Shown: positions 1 to 10,544 of the stretch, in pieces
How the letters are laid out: the number at the start of each line of letters is the position of its first letter
How positions within the stretch are numbered: the stretch's first letter is position 1
DNA from: Candidatus Bathyarchaeia archaeon
GTDB lineage: Archaea; Thermoproteota; Bathyarchaeia; Bathyarchaeales; Bathycorpusculaceae
DNA length: 64,000 nucleotides
Assembly (NCBI GenBank): GCA_049521795.1
Contig: JBEKOM010000001.1
Span: 512,001-576,000 of the forward strand
Direction of reading: 5' to 3'
Program-made: the position numbers and the translations under genes
Notes under the pieces: model-generated
Database searches by the model: none
What the model saw: the letters and a program-made list of their open reading frames with translations, nothing else
Told to the model about the DNA's origin: nothing

Positions 1-195
1 TCCGTCTTAGCCAAAGTCTGGACAACCGAAGGTCACGTTAGAGGAGGTTTTTCATTGACTTTCTGTTTGTCTGAGGCTTTACCGCGAAAAGGAAAGGATT
101 CTTGCAATAAAGGCTGCACCAGTCATTATAGTCAAAGTCCATTGCATGAACAAGAAAACCAACAATATGCAGTCGGGGAACTTTGAACTTTGGTA

Positions 196-308
196 TGGTG
201 CTCCGGCCGGGATTTGGACCCGGGTCCGCGGCTTTCTCCCAGTTGCCAGAGTCGAGAGGCCGCTATACATGATCCCTTCAAGGTTTGACCGAACTATACT
301 ACCGGAGC
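196..308 (-). tRNA. tRNA-Glu(CUC) with two introns (16 nt at 21/22, coordinates 269-284; 19 nt at 37/38, coordinates 234-252) and encoded CCA
   Basis: Reverse complement folds as a cloverleaf: acceptor GCTCCGG/CCGGAGC+ACCA, D-stem GTAT/GTAT, anticodon stem GCGGC/GCCGC with loop CT-CTC-G^A, T-stem CCGGG/CCCGG; both inserts form bulge-helix-bulge motifs. Confidence 0.93.
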
Positions 309-554
309 ACTGCACAAGACTACTCGCGTTCGAAGTATATTTTCGTTCTTCTAGTTATAGTGTTGCTGATCGTTCTGTGACGTTTGTTCTGCCTGTGGAA
401 GTGGCAAAGGATTTCTTGATTGACAAAGTGTTGAAACTATGAAGGAGATGCACAGACTCTGGCTTGCTGTTGCCGCGCGAAGAAGCTCACAGTGTGAAGT
501 TAGTGTATGGTTGAGAAAAATGGATGGAAGATATAGAAAAATTAAGGGATGTTT

Positions 555-2210
555 TTAGTCTTCGCCTTCGGGCATTTCGCCGCCGGGTGGTTTTCCTGCT
601 CCCGGTCCTTCTTTCGGCTTGGTGGCTGCTATGACGTCGTCTATGCGGAGTATCATTGCAGCGGATTCTGTGGCTGACTTCACTGCCTGCTCTTTCACTA
701 CTAGGGGTTCGACCACGCCTTTGTCGCGCATGTTTTCGACTTTTCCAGTGAAGACGTTTATGCCTTTGTGTTGGCCGTCTGTTTTCTCGTGTGCGGCTCT
801 GAGTTCGACGATTACGTCTACCGGTTCGAGTCCAGCGTTTTCAGCCAAGGCTTTGGGTATCACTTCGATGGCGTCAGCGAAGGCTTCTATCGCGAGCTGT
901 TCTCTTCCGCCAACGTTTATGGCGTACTTTCGAAGTTCTTTAGCCATTTCGACTTCCACTGCGCCGCCGCCTGCAACTATCCTGTTGTTTTCTATGACGT
1001 CTGAAACCACTGACAGCGCGTCGGTCATTGCTCTTTCAGCTTCGTCGACCATTCTTTCTAGTCCAGCGCGTATAATGATGGCGACTGAGCGGGGGTCTTT
1101 GCATTTCTCCACGAAAATCATCTTGTCTTCGCCGAGTTTGCGTTCCTCCACAAGGCCCGCCGTTCCCAGATCCTGGACTTTCAAGTCGGTGAGGTTCGTG
1201 ATTATTCTTCCGCCAGTGGCTCTTGCCAGCTTCTCCATGTCTGACTGTTTCACTCTTCTTGCTGCGAGTATTCCATCTTTTGCGAGGAAGTGTTGCGCCA
1301 TGTCGTCGATGCCTTTCTGGCAGAAAACCACGTTCGCGCCTGAGGCTTTGATCTTTTCAACCATGTCTTGCAGCATCTTGTTTTCTTGGTCTAGGAAGGC
1401 TTTCATCTGGTTTGGGTCGCGTATCCGTATTTCAGCGCTGATCTCTGTCTTCTCAATTTCGAGTGCAGCGTCCAGCAGTGCTATCTTCGCTCTTTCGACT
1501 TGTTTAGGCATGCCGGAGTGGACTACTTCCTTGTCTATGACTAGGCCTTTGACGAGTTGTGATTCGAAGAGGCTCTTTCCCGTTTTCTTCGTAACTTGAA
1601 CGTTGTCTATGTCGGCGACGTTTCTGTCTCCGCGTTTTTCAACTATCTGCATCACCGCGTCGATTGCCATGTCTGCAAGGTGGTCTTTCGCCGCGCCTAC
1701 TGCCTTGCTTGCCATCGATGTCACGGCGACTTTTTTGAGTGTCGCACGGTCTTCTATGTCGACTTCTATCGACGTGTTGTTTATCGTTTCAACCGCCTTT
1801 TCGGCTGCCTTGCGGTAGCCGCTGACAATTATCGTAGGGTGGATGTTCTGCTCCAAGAGATCTTCGGCCTTTTTGAGCAGTTCCCCTGCCAACACGACGG
1901 CGGTTGTCGTTCCGTCGCCCACCATGTCGTCTTGAGTTTTCGCGATTTCCACCATCATCTTCGCTGCTGGATGGTCAACTTCTATCTCGTTCAGTATCGT
2001 GGCTCCGTCGTTTGTTATAGTGATGTCTCCAAGGCTGTCAATGAGCATCTTGTCCATGCCGCGTGGTCCCAAAGTCGTCTTCAAGACTTCACCGACTATT
2101 CTTGCGGCCATTATATTGTTTCTCTGAGCTTCCTTACCTCTGTTCCGTGACGTTCCTTCCTTCAGGATCAGGACCGGTTGTCCCGACGCTGTTGTCGTTA
2201 AATATGCCAT
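555..2210 (-). CDS. ths: Thermosome (group II chaperonin) subunit
   Basis: [25 protein letters not shown] and GGGAVE chaperonin motifs; 551 aa. Confidence 0.97.
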   Translation of the reverse strand: MAYLTTTASGQPVLILKEGTSRNRGKEAQRNNIMAARIVGEVLKTTLGPRGMDKMLIDSLGDITITNDGATILNEIEVDHPAAKMMVEIAKTQDDMVGDGTTTAVVLAGELLKKAEDLLEQNIHPTIIVSGYRKAAEKAVETINNTSIEVDIEDRATLKKVAVTSMASKAVGAAKDHLADMAIDAVMQIVEKRGDRNVADIDNVQVTKKTGKSLFESQLVKGLVIDKEVVHSGMPKQVERAKIALLDAALEIEKTEISAEIRIRDPNQMKAFLDQENKMLQDMVEKIKASGANVVFCQKGIDDMAQHFLAKDGILAARRVKQSDMEKLARATGGRIITNLTDLKVQDLGTAGLVEERKLGEDKMIFVEKCKDPRSVAIIIRAGLERMVDEAERAMTDALSVVSDVIENNRIVAGGGAVEVEMAKELRKYAINVGGREQLAIEAFADAIEVIPKALAENAGLEPVDVIVELRAAHEKTDGQHKGINVFTGKVENMRDKGVVEPLVVKEQAVKSATESAAMILRIDDVIAATKPKEGPGAGKPPGGEMPEGED

Positions 2211-2424
2211 TCATACCCTCCGTTCAAGGTTAGAATTCTACTAATCGGGAATAAGCAAAAATGCTCAATAATATAAATCTTGCCTCTGCATGTCTGCTTC
2301 TGTGAATAGAGTTGCTCCATTCGTGGGCGAAACTGCACAGGGTATGCACACGTTGTTTTGTGTTTACTGTGGTGCAACGGTTTAAATTTCGGCTTGCTTT
2401 TTCATTTTTCTAGGCGGTTAAGTC

Positions 2425-2718
2425 TTGCGTGTCTCAGTGCGGTTCTTCACTATTCTCAGGGAGATCACAGGCGAGAAAGAGGAAACCTTCCAGTTTCCAA
2501 AGGATGAAGAGGTGACGGTGAACCGTGTTCTCATGCGATTGAGTGAGAAATATGGCAAAGCCTTTGACGAGTACGTTTACGATCATAGAACTAATGAGGT
2601 TAAGGGTTTCCTGCAGTTTCTCGTGAACGGCAGAAGCGTGTCTTCTCCTAACGGCACGGAAACTGAGCTTTCGGATGGAGATATTCTTGCGATAGTTCCA
2701 CCTGTTAGCGGCGGCTAA
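2425..2718 (+). CDS. MoaD/ThiS/SAMP-family ubiquitin-like protein
   Basis: 97 aa beta-grasp pattern, FLVNGR and C-terminal PPVSGG di-glycine. Confidence 0.9.
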   Translation: MRVSVRFFTILREITGEKEETFQFPKDEEVTVNRVLMRLSEKYGKAFDEYVYDHRTNEVKGFLQFLVNGRSVSSPNGTETELSDGDILAIVPPVSGG

Positions 2719-2802
2719 CGTCCGTTCATTGTTTAGTCTGCGGTTAGTTTACGGTTTGCGTCTTGGGCATTTACTAGTTTTTGTGGGTCAGGAACACGTG
2801 CT

Positions 2803-4584
2803 TCATGCTCCCCAGAAGGGCACTTTCTTTCTCATGAGGTTGACGTACTCGTTGAGTGCTTCAAGCTCTTCTGGGGTCAGCTTTTCTGTGAACTTTGCCT
2901 GTAGCACTTTGGCGTGCTTTTCAGGGATTTTGACGTACAGCACGTCTTTTTCGAATATGTGTCTTCCAAAAATGGGCTTGTCGACTGACACTGCCACCTG
3001 CATTCCTTGTCCGGCATTTGAGAGGGCTTCTCCTTTTTCTTGTATCTGCTGGATTTCGCCGATTTCTTCGCCGTTTTCAGCTCTCACGAGCCCATATTTG
3101 GGCTTGATGTTTCCTGCGAGGATTTCGACGCCGAATATGGCGGGTTTGGCTCTTCGGAACACGTAGCCTTCCATGACTCTAAGCTTGGCGGGTTTGACGA
3201 GGGCGTCGAAGTCTTCTTCGAGTCCGGCTTCGCGTTTCCCTTTGAACCATGCAAGATAGTTCTCAATGACATGGTAGATTATTCTGTCTGCGAATATCGT
3301 TATGCCTCTGCTCTTGGCCTCTTCTTCCGCGTCGGGCAGGGTTCTGACGTTGAAGGCTAATATGGCGCCGTACAGGGGTTCATGTTCCTTCACAGCGGCT
3401 GATTCGGCAACGTCTCGTTTCGATATGTCTCCAACATCTGCCAGTCGGATGGGCACCTTGTTCTGTTTGAGTATGTCTGCAATCGCCTCAAGTGAGCCAA
3501 GTGTGTCTGCTTTCACTACAACTCCATCGATATCCGTTGAGATTCTGATTTTTCCAATTTCCTCGGTGATCAACTTGGCGTACTTTTCTGGTTCGGCACC
3601 TTTGGGAACAGCGTACAGAGTTGCGCCTGCTAAGACTCCTTCAAGGTCCGGCGCGACTATCTTGACTCCTGCCGCGGCGGAAACAGAGTCGACCGAGGAG
3701 AACTTGTCCCTTGGGTCTCTGATCTCGTCCAGCGGTTTGGGGACAAGAATCGCACGTGTCCGTGTTACTATTGGTTTTTCTTTGCCACCTACGACGATCA
3801 AGTCGTCTTTCTGCAGCACACCGTCGTAGATTATGGTGTTGAGGGTAAGTCCGAGCCCAATTTCCTCCTTCACTTCAAGAATTGTGCCCTTTGCTGGGCC
3901 TTTAGTGGTCTGAAGACGCTTCTTGAGGTACTGCTGTGCAAGTCCGATGAGCACCATGATGAGTTCGGTTATGCCCTCGCCTGTCTTAGCGCTAGTCGGC
4001 ACTACTGCTACGGTAGTAGTGAATTCTCTCACGTGGTCGAAGCGATCTGTTTTGAACCCCAACCGGGAGAATGTGCCTATGATGTCGTATATTCTGTTGT
4101 CCAGGTCCTCCCTGACGTAGGGGTCTTGCAGCGGATAGGTCTTAGAAAAAGGGGTGTCTGGTTGGGACTTCCAGCCTGGTACGCGGTCAATCATGTTCGC
4201 TGCGACTATGAACGGAGTTTTCCGGGCTTTGAGAATCTCGATGCATTCGTAGGTTTGAGCTTCGAGCCCTCGGAGAACGTTAATCACCAGAATGGCTATG
4301 TCTGCGACGCTGCCGCCTCTTCTGCGAAGGTTCGTGAAAACCTCGTGTCCCGGCGTGTCGACGATGAGCAGGCCGGGGATTTCTATTTCGCCCTTGATTC
4401 CGGAAATCTGGGAACCCACGAGCTGAGCCAGAGTCTCAGCTGGGAAGAAGCTGGCGCCGATGTGCTGAGTGATTCCGCCGACTTCGCGGGCCTGAACGCT
4501 TGTTTTACGGATCTTATCCAGAAGAGAAGTCTTGCCGCTGTCAACATGGCCGAGAACGCACACGATTGGTTGACGAATCGGCAT
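2803..4584 (-). CDS. infB: Translation initiation factor aIF5B (IF-2)
   Basis: IRQPIVCVLGHVDSGKT, GGITQHIGA, DTPGHE, KADTLGSLEA motifs. Confidence 0.97.
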   Translation of the reverse strand: MPIRQPIVCVLGHVDSGKTSLLDKIRKTSVQAREVGGITQHIGASFFPAETLAQLVGSQISGIKGEIEIPGLLIVDTPGHEVFTNLRRRGGSVADIAILVINVLRGLEAQTYECIEILKARKTPFIVAANMIDRVPGWKSQPDTPFSKTYPLQDPYVREDLDNRIYDIIGTFSRLGFKTDRFDHVREFTTTVAVVPTSAKTGEGITELIMVLIGLAQQYLKKRLQTTKGPAKGTILEVKEEIGLGLTLNTIIYDGVLQKDDLIVVGGKEKPIVTRTRAILVPKPLDEIRDPRDKFSSVDSVSAAAGVKIVAPDLEGVLAGATLYAVPKGAEPEKYAKLITEEIGKIRISTDIDGVVVKADTLGSLEAIADILKQNKVPIRLADVGDISKRDVAESAAVKEHEPLYGAILAFNVRTLPDAEEEAKSRGITIFADRIIYHVIENYLAWFKGKREAGLEEDFDALVKPAKLRVMEGYVFRRAKPAIFGVEILAGNIKPKYGLVRAENGEEIGEIQQIQEKGEALSNAGQGMQVAVSVDKPIFGRHIFEKDVLYVKIPEKHAKVLQAKFTEKLTPEELEALNEYVNLMRKKVPFWGA

Positions 4585-4680
4585 CTTAATCTTCTTCCTG
4601 CCCCAGCGATGAACAAGCCGTTTTCCGACTGTTTGCTGAAAATTAATAAACTATTACCCTAATAAATGCTCATCTGAGGA

Positions 4681-5007
4681 TTGCAGAGTTTGCCGTACTG
4701 CTCGAAGTGTGGAGCGAAGTTGACTGATGAAGATAAGTTCTGCACTGTTTGCGGTACGAAGGTCACCAAAGTTGCGCGAGAGGAGTTCGCGGTTTCTTCT
4801 GATAATCTCATTCAAAGGGTCAGAGAGCTGCTTCACGAAGGAAACGTAACCAGGATAATCGTCGAAGATATGAACGGGCAGGTTCTTCTTGAAATACCTG
4901 CCACTGTCGGAGTCATCGGCGCCATCATTGCGCCTTGGCTTGCAGCCTTAGGCGTCATAGCTGCTCTGGCCACGAAATGCAGGATAGTCGTTGAAAGAAG
5001 AGAATAG
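4681..5007 (+). CDS. Zinc-ribbon plus DUF4342-like protein
   Basis: CSKCG...FCTVCG ribbon followed by ELLHEGNVTRIIV...LEIPATVG. Confidence 0.75.
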   Translation: MQSLPYCSKCGAKLTDEDKFCTVCGTKVTKVAREEFAVSSDNLIQRVRELLHEGNVTRIIVEDMNGQVLLEIPATVGVIGAIIAPWLAALGVIAALATKCRIVVERRE

Positions 5008-5008
5008 C

Positions 5009-5209
5009 CTACTCAGTCGTCTTGGCTATCATCAAAACTAATCCTACCGCCACGAGGAGAAGGCACAGGAAACTGAAGAAACCCGTGAACGCGCCCAGAG
5101 TCGAGGCGCTTGTGACGGTGTAGTACAAAGCAAAAAGGCCCACAACAAAGGCTATGAAGCCGAAGAATTTTTCAGCCAAGCCTATCCCGAAACCGCCTTC
5201 ATCACTCAT
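5009..5209 (-). CDS. Small membrane protein (two TM helices)
   Basis: 66 aa, two hydrophobic segments, converges tightly on the neighbouring stop codon. Confidence 0.6.
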   Translation of the reverse strand: MSDEGGFGIGLAEKFFGFIAFVVGLFALYYTVTSASTLGAFTGFFSFLCLLLVAVGLVLMIAKTTE

Positions 5210-5361
5210 TTCAGTCCATTCCTTCCGACATGCTTCCAGATAGAAAGATGCACAGTTATTTTATGCTTTCGCTAGAAGCGTACCCTACATGAAAGCCCTG
5301 ACGAGAAGTCTTTCGTTTTCCCTGAAACGTCTAAGATTAGTGCGCGTCAAGTGACGGGGTT

Positions 5362-6456
5362 TCACTTCGTTTCTTCAAGCTTGTTCGGCAGGTATTCGTC
5401 CACAATGTACGTTAGGCCGTATCTGCTGAACGCCTCTTGCTCCGCCTTCTTTTTGATTTTCATAAAGGTCTTGATCTCTCTGCGCCACAACGGGTCTTTG
5501 TAACGTGGGTCCTTCTGCAGTTCATACAGCCTCTTCATGTCCACGTCGTCAAGCGGGTCGGTTGGAAGCTTGTAGTCAACGATGTCTGTTGCCCAGACTC
5601 CGCTCCATTTGGCGTCAGGCGTGTTCAACTCTCTCAAGTGCGCAGCGTTCGCAGAGCCTGAGATTATGACCATGGCGATGTGCATTCCCCAGGGGTCGCC
5701 GTCTGTGAAGATGAACACGGGAAGGTTCAGCTCCTCGTTCAGTCTTCTTATGAAGTGTCTCGTCGCCCTGGGCGCCTGGCCGGCTGTTAACACTAGAATA
5801 GCGTTGTGCTTCTTGTGCACGTTTTCTTCGATGAACCTTGTGAACAGGCCGCCTTTCTCGATGGCTATTACTTTGTCTGCAGAGGTCTTGACAAATTCGG
5901 ACGAGGTCAGAGCCGGTCCGATGAGTACGCCATCGGGGTGCGAAGTCAGATCCAGAGTCTTGCCTTCATAACCCGGCACAGTGTACTCTATCGTCAGGTC
6001 GCCGAAGACTGCTGAGCGCTCTTCTGGAAAGATGTTGAAGTCTTCTCTTGAAAACCCTAGAACCGTTTCCAAGTCTGTTATGATGTTGTTTGATTCCTGC
6101 TGGTCCTTGAACGTCATCTCGTATGCCTGCGCCGAGTAGTAGACATCTCTTAGAGTTGACGTTTTGCGCTGCGAAGAAAGCTCGTTGGAGAACAGTGCCG
6201 CCCATACCAGCTGGGTGAACGGTTTCACGTGGCTGATGTTGCGTGCGTTTCTGCGAACCCTCCTGTCGCCTAATATGAACTGTCTGAGCTTCTCATCGTA
6301 CATTATGTTGTCCGTAGAGCGGCTCGGCATGTCTATTGACGGAAAGACTCCCTTGTCAAGCTGATCATAGATTGTGCCGCCGAGAGTCTCAAGGCCAGCT
6401 AGAACTTCTTTCTTCCTTTCACTCACACTAATCCTGTTCTTCTTCTTCCGTTCCAT
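5362..6456 (-). CDS. top6A: DNA topoisomerase VI subunit A
   Basis: STLRDVYY catalytic Tyr region, AIEKGG and TDGDPWG TOPRIM motifs; overlaps top6B. Confidence 0.96.
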   Translation of the reverse strand: MERKKKNRISVSERKKEVLAGLETLGGTIYDQLDKGVFPSIDMPSRSTDNIMYDEKLRQFILGDRRVRRNARNISHVKPFTQLVWAALFSNELSSQRKTSTLRDVYYSAQAYEMTFKDQQESNNIITDLETVLGFSREDFNIFPEERSAVFGDLTIEYTVPGYEGKTLDLTSHPDGVLIGPALTSSEFVKTSADKVIAIEKGGLFTRFIEENVHKKHNAILVLTAGQAPRATRHFIRRLNEELNLPVFIFTDGDPWGMHIAMVIISGSANAAHLRELNTPDAKWSGVWATDIVDYKLPTDPLDDVDMKRLYELQKDPRYKDPLWRREIKTFMKIKKKAEQEAFSRYGLTYIVDEYLPNKLEETK

Positions 6457-7961
6457 ACTTTCTCACACTCGCTAAAAGCTTCTCAATATCGGGTATCTTC
6501 TCCTTGCACGCAAGCTGAGTCGAAAACTGAGCAATTCTAGGAAGATACTTGCTGAAAACGCCCAGCCTCTTCCGTTCCCTGTCAACATGCTCCCTTCTTG
6601 ACAGGAAAAGCTGGAGTTGCCGAGCAACTTCTCGCAGCCCATTTGCAATTTCCCTTCTGACCTCAGGCCTATCGGCGATGAACTCTTTGCCAACCGTCTT
6701 GTACGGGACCTTTGTGCTGCAGATGTGCACCAGAATTGCTATTGGCATTTCAGGAGTGGCATGGTACCTGCGCCAGTTCATCGCCGAGATCACTCTGAGC
6801 GAAACGTCGTTCGCCTCATCATACAAAAGTGGGATTCTGTTTGCAAAACGATAGACGATGAAAGCTCCCCTGCTTGGGACCTCTCCCCCGTAGGCTATGC
6901 CTATTTCGATGATGAACGGGTGCCCAGCGTACGTGGCCGGCTTCCGCTGATGAACAGCCAAAAACTCTGGCTTCAGCTCCTTCGAGACTCCGGTTTTCAG
7001 CAAGTCCTCGCCGAGAGGAGACAGGCAGCTTGCGTCCGGCGGCAGAAATTCCTTGAACCTTTTCATCATATGCATGAGTCTAACGATTTCTTCGTGAGTA
7101 AGTTTTTTCGGGTTTTTGGACGGGCTTAGTTCGCTGAACTCTAAGAACTTCTGCGCGGTGATTTCACCGACACGGTGGAAATGGTTCTTCAAGAAGTCAA
7201 GCATGTTCCTGTATGGCGTGATCTGTATCAACCGTTGAAGCAGTTCCACGTCCACCCCGTACGGATGCGGTTTCGTCTCCTTCGGCGGAACCGGCATATC
7301 CTTGGTGACTCTGGTGAACTTGTACAGCCTGCCCTTTGGGTCTACGAACATCAGGTTTGCGTACGGGTTCACCATGGCCGTCTGCTTGAGGTAATCCAAG
7401 ATCTTCGGCATCGCCCTGAAATAGTCCCCTTCAAGCGTAAACTCGACGACGGTTCCACGCCACAAATCCTTGTTTATCAGAACCTTTCTGTCAAGAATCA
7501 CTGGGCGGTTCCGCTGAATGTCGATCATGAGCTTGTACATGTAGGTCTTCGAGATGCCCGTGCTGGAGATTATCGTGGCCGGCTGATGCGTCGTGATCTG
7601 TCCATACAGAATCGCCATCTTGCCGCCCAAGCCGAACGTTCCCCTCTGCTGCTTAAGCTTGTACTTCGAACCGAAAAGAATCTGTCCAAAGGCAGAAGGA
7701 ATGTGCTTAGGCGGAACCCCGATGCCGTTGTCCTCAACCCGCAACTTGTAAATCTGAGTCTCCGGGGTGGCCTCACCCTCGTAGGACAAGCGAACATACA
7801 CGTCCGGCGGTAATCGGTGGCTTTCCGCTGCGTCCAGCGAGTTCTCCACCAACTCCCTCACTGCCACGAAAATGGCTCTAGACGGATTCGTAAACCCAGC
7901 AATGTCCCTGTTACGGTAGAAAAAAGTCCGCTGCGCTTATTTCCTCAAAAGTCTGAGCCAT
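6428..7961 (-). CDS. top6B: DNA topoisomerase VI subunit B; true start at 7961 with a one-base frameshift in the T6 run at 7920-7925
   Basis: GHKL motifs ELVENSLDA, EDNGIG, RGTFGLG; removing one T joins MAQTFEEISAADFF to YRNRDIAGFTNPSRAIF, the conserved N-terminus. Confidence 0.93.
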
Positions 7962-8115
7962 ATATATCCCCCCTTTAGGTCTCTCTGGCGCAGACACTTC
8001 TGAACGTTCATGTCTTTGAGCCTCCCAGCCACTAAGAGTTTCCCAGCCTTCTCTTAAATCAGATATTCTCTACCATACAACCCGCTCGTTCTTTAACTTA
8101 ACTACCACCAACTTG

Positions 8116-8538
8116 TCATTTTTCGTAGGGAAAAGGGAAAAGCTCCCCGAGGGTCTTTACCTCAACTGTTTCAGGCGCAATCTTGCCTCTTTCAGTCTGT
8201 GCCATGAGAATCTTTATTTCAGAATTCTCGGCAAAATCGTGGATGTACTGCAGGCAGGCTCCGCAGGGTATTGGCGTCCGTGGCTTTTCCTCGTTCGTCA
8301 CGATGGCTATTTCCATGATTCTGCGGTTTCCATGCAAGACCGCATGGTCTATCGCACATCTCTCTGCACAGGTGCCGAGCCCAGAAACCCAGCTTTCAAC
8401 GTTGCAGCCAACGTACACTTTTCCGTCTTCTGCAAGCACAGCCGCGCCGACTCTGAAGCCCCACAGGACGTGTGAATTCTTTATAGCCTGCGAGGCGGCT
8501 TCCAACAACTTCGTCTCTATTTCTCCGATTCTAGACAT
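8116..8538 (-). CDS. cdd: Cytidine deaminase
   Basis: FRVGAAVL, GCNVE, CAERCAI and PCGACLQ zinc motifs. Confidence 0.9.
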   Translation of the reverse strand: MSRIGEIETKLLEAASQAIKNSHVLWGFRVGAAVLAEDGKVYVGCNVESWVSGLGTCAERCAIDHAVLHGNRRIMEIAIVTNEEKPRTPIPCGACLQYIHDFAENSEIKILMAQTERGKIAPETVEVKTLGELFPFPYEK

Positions 8539-8554
8539 AATTGCTTCCTAGGCC

Positions 8555-10342
8555 CTATTTCCTATGAGTGCGAACATAATAGTATTCTCCGATCTCTTTT
8601 TGAAACTTGTCAAGCTTCGACCCATCTTTGTTAACCCTGGGCCTCTTCGTGGCTGGGTCTCTTCTAAAGGTCACTTCCATCTCTTTCAGAAACATGTTCA
8701 TCCCCCTCCTCAAACTCGTAGGCGGGTTAGCAGTGCCCTCGGCTCCAGGTTTTCCCGTGAAAACCATCAAGTGGTCCGCAATGAAGTCCTGTGTGACCAC
8801 GTCGTGCTCGACTACGAGGCCAGTTACGTTTCGGCTCTCGACGACCCTTCGAATGGCTCTCGCCATGCTCAAACGTTCCTCAACGTCCAAGTACGCGCTC
8901 GGCTCGTCCAGCAGGTAAAGTTCAGCCTCGCGGGACAAGCACGATGCGATTGCAACTTCCTGCAGTTCTCCTCCGCTGAGTTCGGCCACGTTCCTGTCCA
9001 TAAGCGGGTTCACCTTCAGAGGCTGAAGTATCTCAGTTCTGTACCAACCTGAAGAAAAATTCTCTTTGGCAACATTCCTCAGGAGTTCCTGAACTGTGCC
9101 CTCATACTCTGCAGAAATGTACTGCGGCTTGTAGCTGACTTTCAATTGGTCAAACCCTCTCCCATCATCCGCTTTCTCGATTCCAGCCAGAATCTTTACA
9201 AAAGTCGTCTTACCGATGCCGTTGGCACCCAGTATTCCGACTATTTCGCCCCTCTTGATCTCGCCACCCTGGACGACCAGCTTGAACCCCTTGTAAGTCT
9301 TCTCTATTTGATCCCATGCGAGCAGCGTTTGACCCGCGCCTGCGCTCTGCGTTGGCGGTTTCTCGTGGAAGACTATTGCTTCCTTTCTGAAGCGAACGTT
9401 CTCGTCTGGAATGTAACCCTCAAGATAGATGTTGATGCCAGTTCTGACACCATGAACGTTAGACACTACGCCGTAGACGCCCGGTTCTCCGTAGAAAACG
9501 CAGATCTGATCCGACAAGTAATCGATTATTGCCAGGTCGTGTTCCGCCACTATAACCGTCTTCTGAGCTGACGTTAGGCTTCTTATGGCCTTGGCAACCT
9601 GAAGTCTCTGACTAACGTCCAAGTAGCTTGAAGGCTCATCGAAGAGGTAGACGTCTGCCTCTCGACACATCGCAGCAGTGACTGCCAAGCGTTGCAGTTC
9701 GCCGCCGCTTAGGACTTCGAGGGGCCGGTCCCACAGCGGCTTAAGTTCCAACTGCTCTGCCACGGTGTCCATTAAGCCTCTTTCATCCACTTTTTCGAGC
9801 AGTTCGCCGACTTTTCCAGAAACAGCCTTCGGGATCTTGTCAACGTACTGCGGTTTGTGCGAGACCGTCAGCTTGTTCTCACTCATTCTTAGGAAATAGT
9901 CCTGAAGCGTTGAACCTCTGAAGTGCTGGATTATGTCGTTCCACGAAGGTGGCTCTGCGTAGTTACCAAGGTTCAGCTTCACTTCTCCTGAAAGTATTCT
10001 CAACGTAGTCGTCTTGCCAATTCCGTTCTGCCCGAGCAGCCCTAAAACCATTCCAGGAGAAGGCGTTGGAAGCCTGTAAAGCTTGAAACTGTTCTCTCCG
10101 AAGCGGTGGCTGCAGTCTTTCTCCAGCTCGTCCGGTAAGTTGACTATAGAAATGGCGTTAAACGGACACTTCCTGACGCATATTCCGCATCCCGTGCACA
10201 GAGACTCCACGATCACCGCTTTCTCGCCCTCAAATCGTATAGCCTCTATCTTTGTTCGAACGATCGGACAAAAACGGTGACACAGTTTGTTGCAGCGTTT
10301 CGGCTTGCACCTGTCCAGTTCTAACACTGCAACCCTTGTCAT
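8555..10342 (-). CDS. rli: Ribosome recycling ATPase ABCE1/RLI
   Basis: N-terminal Fe-S cysteines and two ABC domains (GQNGIGKTT, GANGIGKTT, LSGGELQ twice). Confidence 0.97.
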   Translation of the reverse strand: MTRVAVLELDRCKPKRCNKLCHRFCPIVRTKIEAIRFEGEKAVIVESLCTGCGICVRKCPFNAISIVNLPDELEKDCSHRFGENSFKLYRLPTPSPGMVLGLLGQNGIGKTTTLRILSGEVKLNLGNYAEPPSWNDIIQHFRGSTLQDYFLRMSENKLTVSHKPQYVDKIPKAVSGKVGELLEKVDERGLMDTVAEQLELKPLWDRPLEVLSGGELQRLAVTAAMCREADVYLFDEPSSYLDVSQRLQVAKAIRSLTSAQKTVIVAEHDLAIIDYLSDQICVFYGEPGVYGVVSNVHGVRTGINIYLEGYIPDENVRFRKEAIVFHEKPPTQSAGAGQTLLAWDQIEKTYKGFKLVVQGGEIKRGEIVGILGANGIGKTTFVKILAGIEKADDGRGFDQLKVSYKPQYISAEYEGTVQELLRNVAKENFSSGWYRTEILQPLKVNPLMDRNVAELSGGELQEVAIASCLSREAELYLLDEPSAYLDVEERLSMARAIRRVVESRNVTGLVVEHDVVTQDFIADHLMVFTGKPGAEGTANPPTSLRRGMNMFLKEMEVTFRRDPATKRPRVNKDGSKLDKFQKEIGEYYYVRTHRK

Positions 10343-10427
10343 GGTCGACCCGCTAGTGAAGGCTCGCCGCTAGTGGTTTATAAATGTGAACCTTAAAAAC
10401 AGCAAACGAAATTGTCGCACTCTTCAA

Positions 10428-10461
10428 AGTAAAAGAAAAAGCACAGGAGTGCCTGCTGCTT
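10428..10461 (-). terminator. Hairpin plus T-tract downstream of the acidic micro-ORF
   Basis: Minus strand reads AGCAGCAGG-CACT-CCTGTGCT then TTTTCTTTTAC. Confidence 0.45.
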
Positions 10462-10469
10462 ACTCATCC

Positions 10470-10544
10470 TTACCACTCTTCTTCTTCCCAGTCCTCGTCT
10501 TCTTCCAAGTCTTCCTCTTCTTCCCAATCTTCTTCAAACACCAC
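10470..10544 (-). CDS. 24-aa hyper-acidic micropeptide MVFEEDWEEEEDLEEDEDWEEEEW
   Basis: Perfect GGAGGTGA Shine-Dalgarno 5 nt before GTG; followed by a terminator-like hairpin. Confidence 0.6.
   Translation of the reverse strand: MVFEEDWEEEEDLEEDEDWEEEEW

Noticed and set aside
79-442. ORFs 79-315 and 146-442
   Set aside because: They overlap the tRNA-Glu gene and have no protein signature.
619-1599. Long antisense ORFs (326 aa here; also 4033-4662, 24145-24906, 32108-32842 and others)
   Set aside because: They lie opposite well-supported genes and have no recognisable motifs; typical shadow ORFs.
2803-7961. Inteins in aIF5B or topoisomerase VI
   Set aside because: Lengths are normal and no intein splice or LAGLIDADG motifs are seen.
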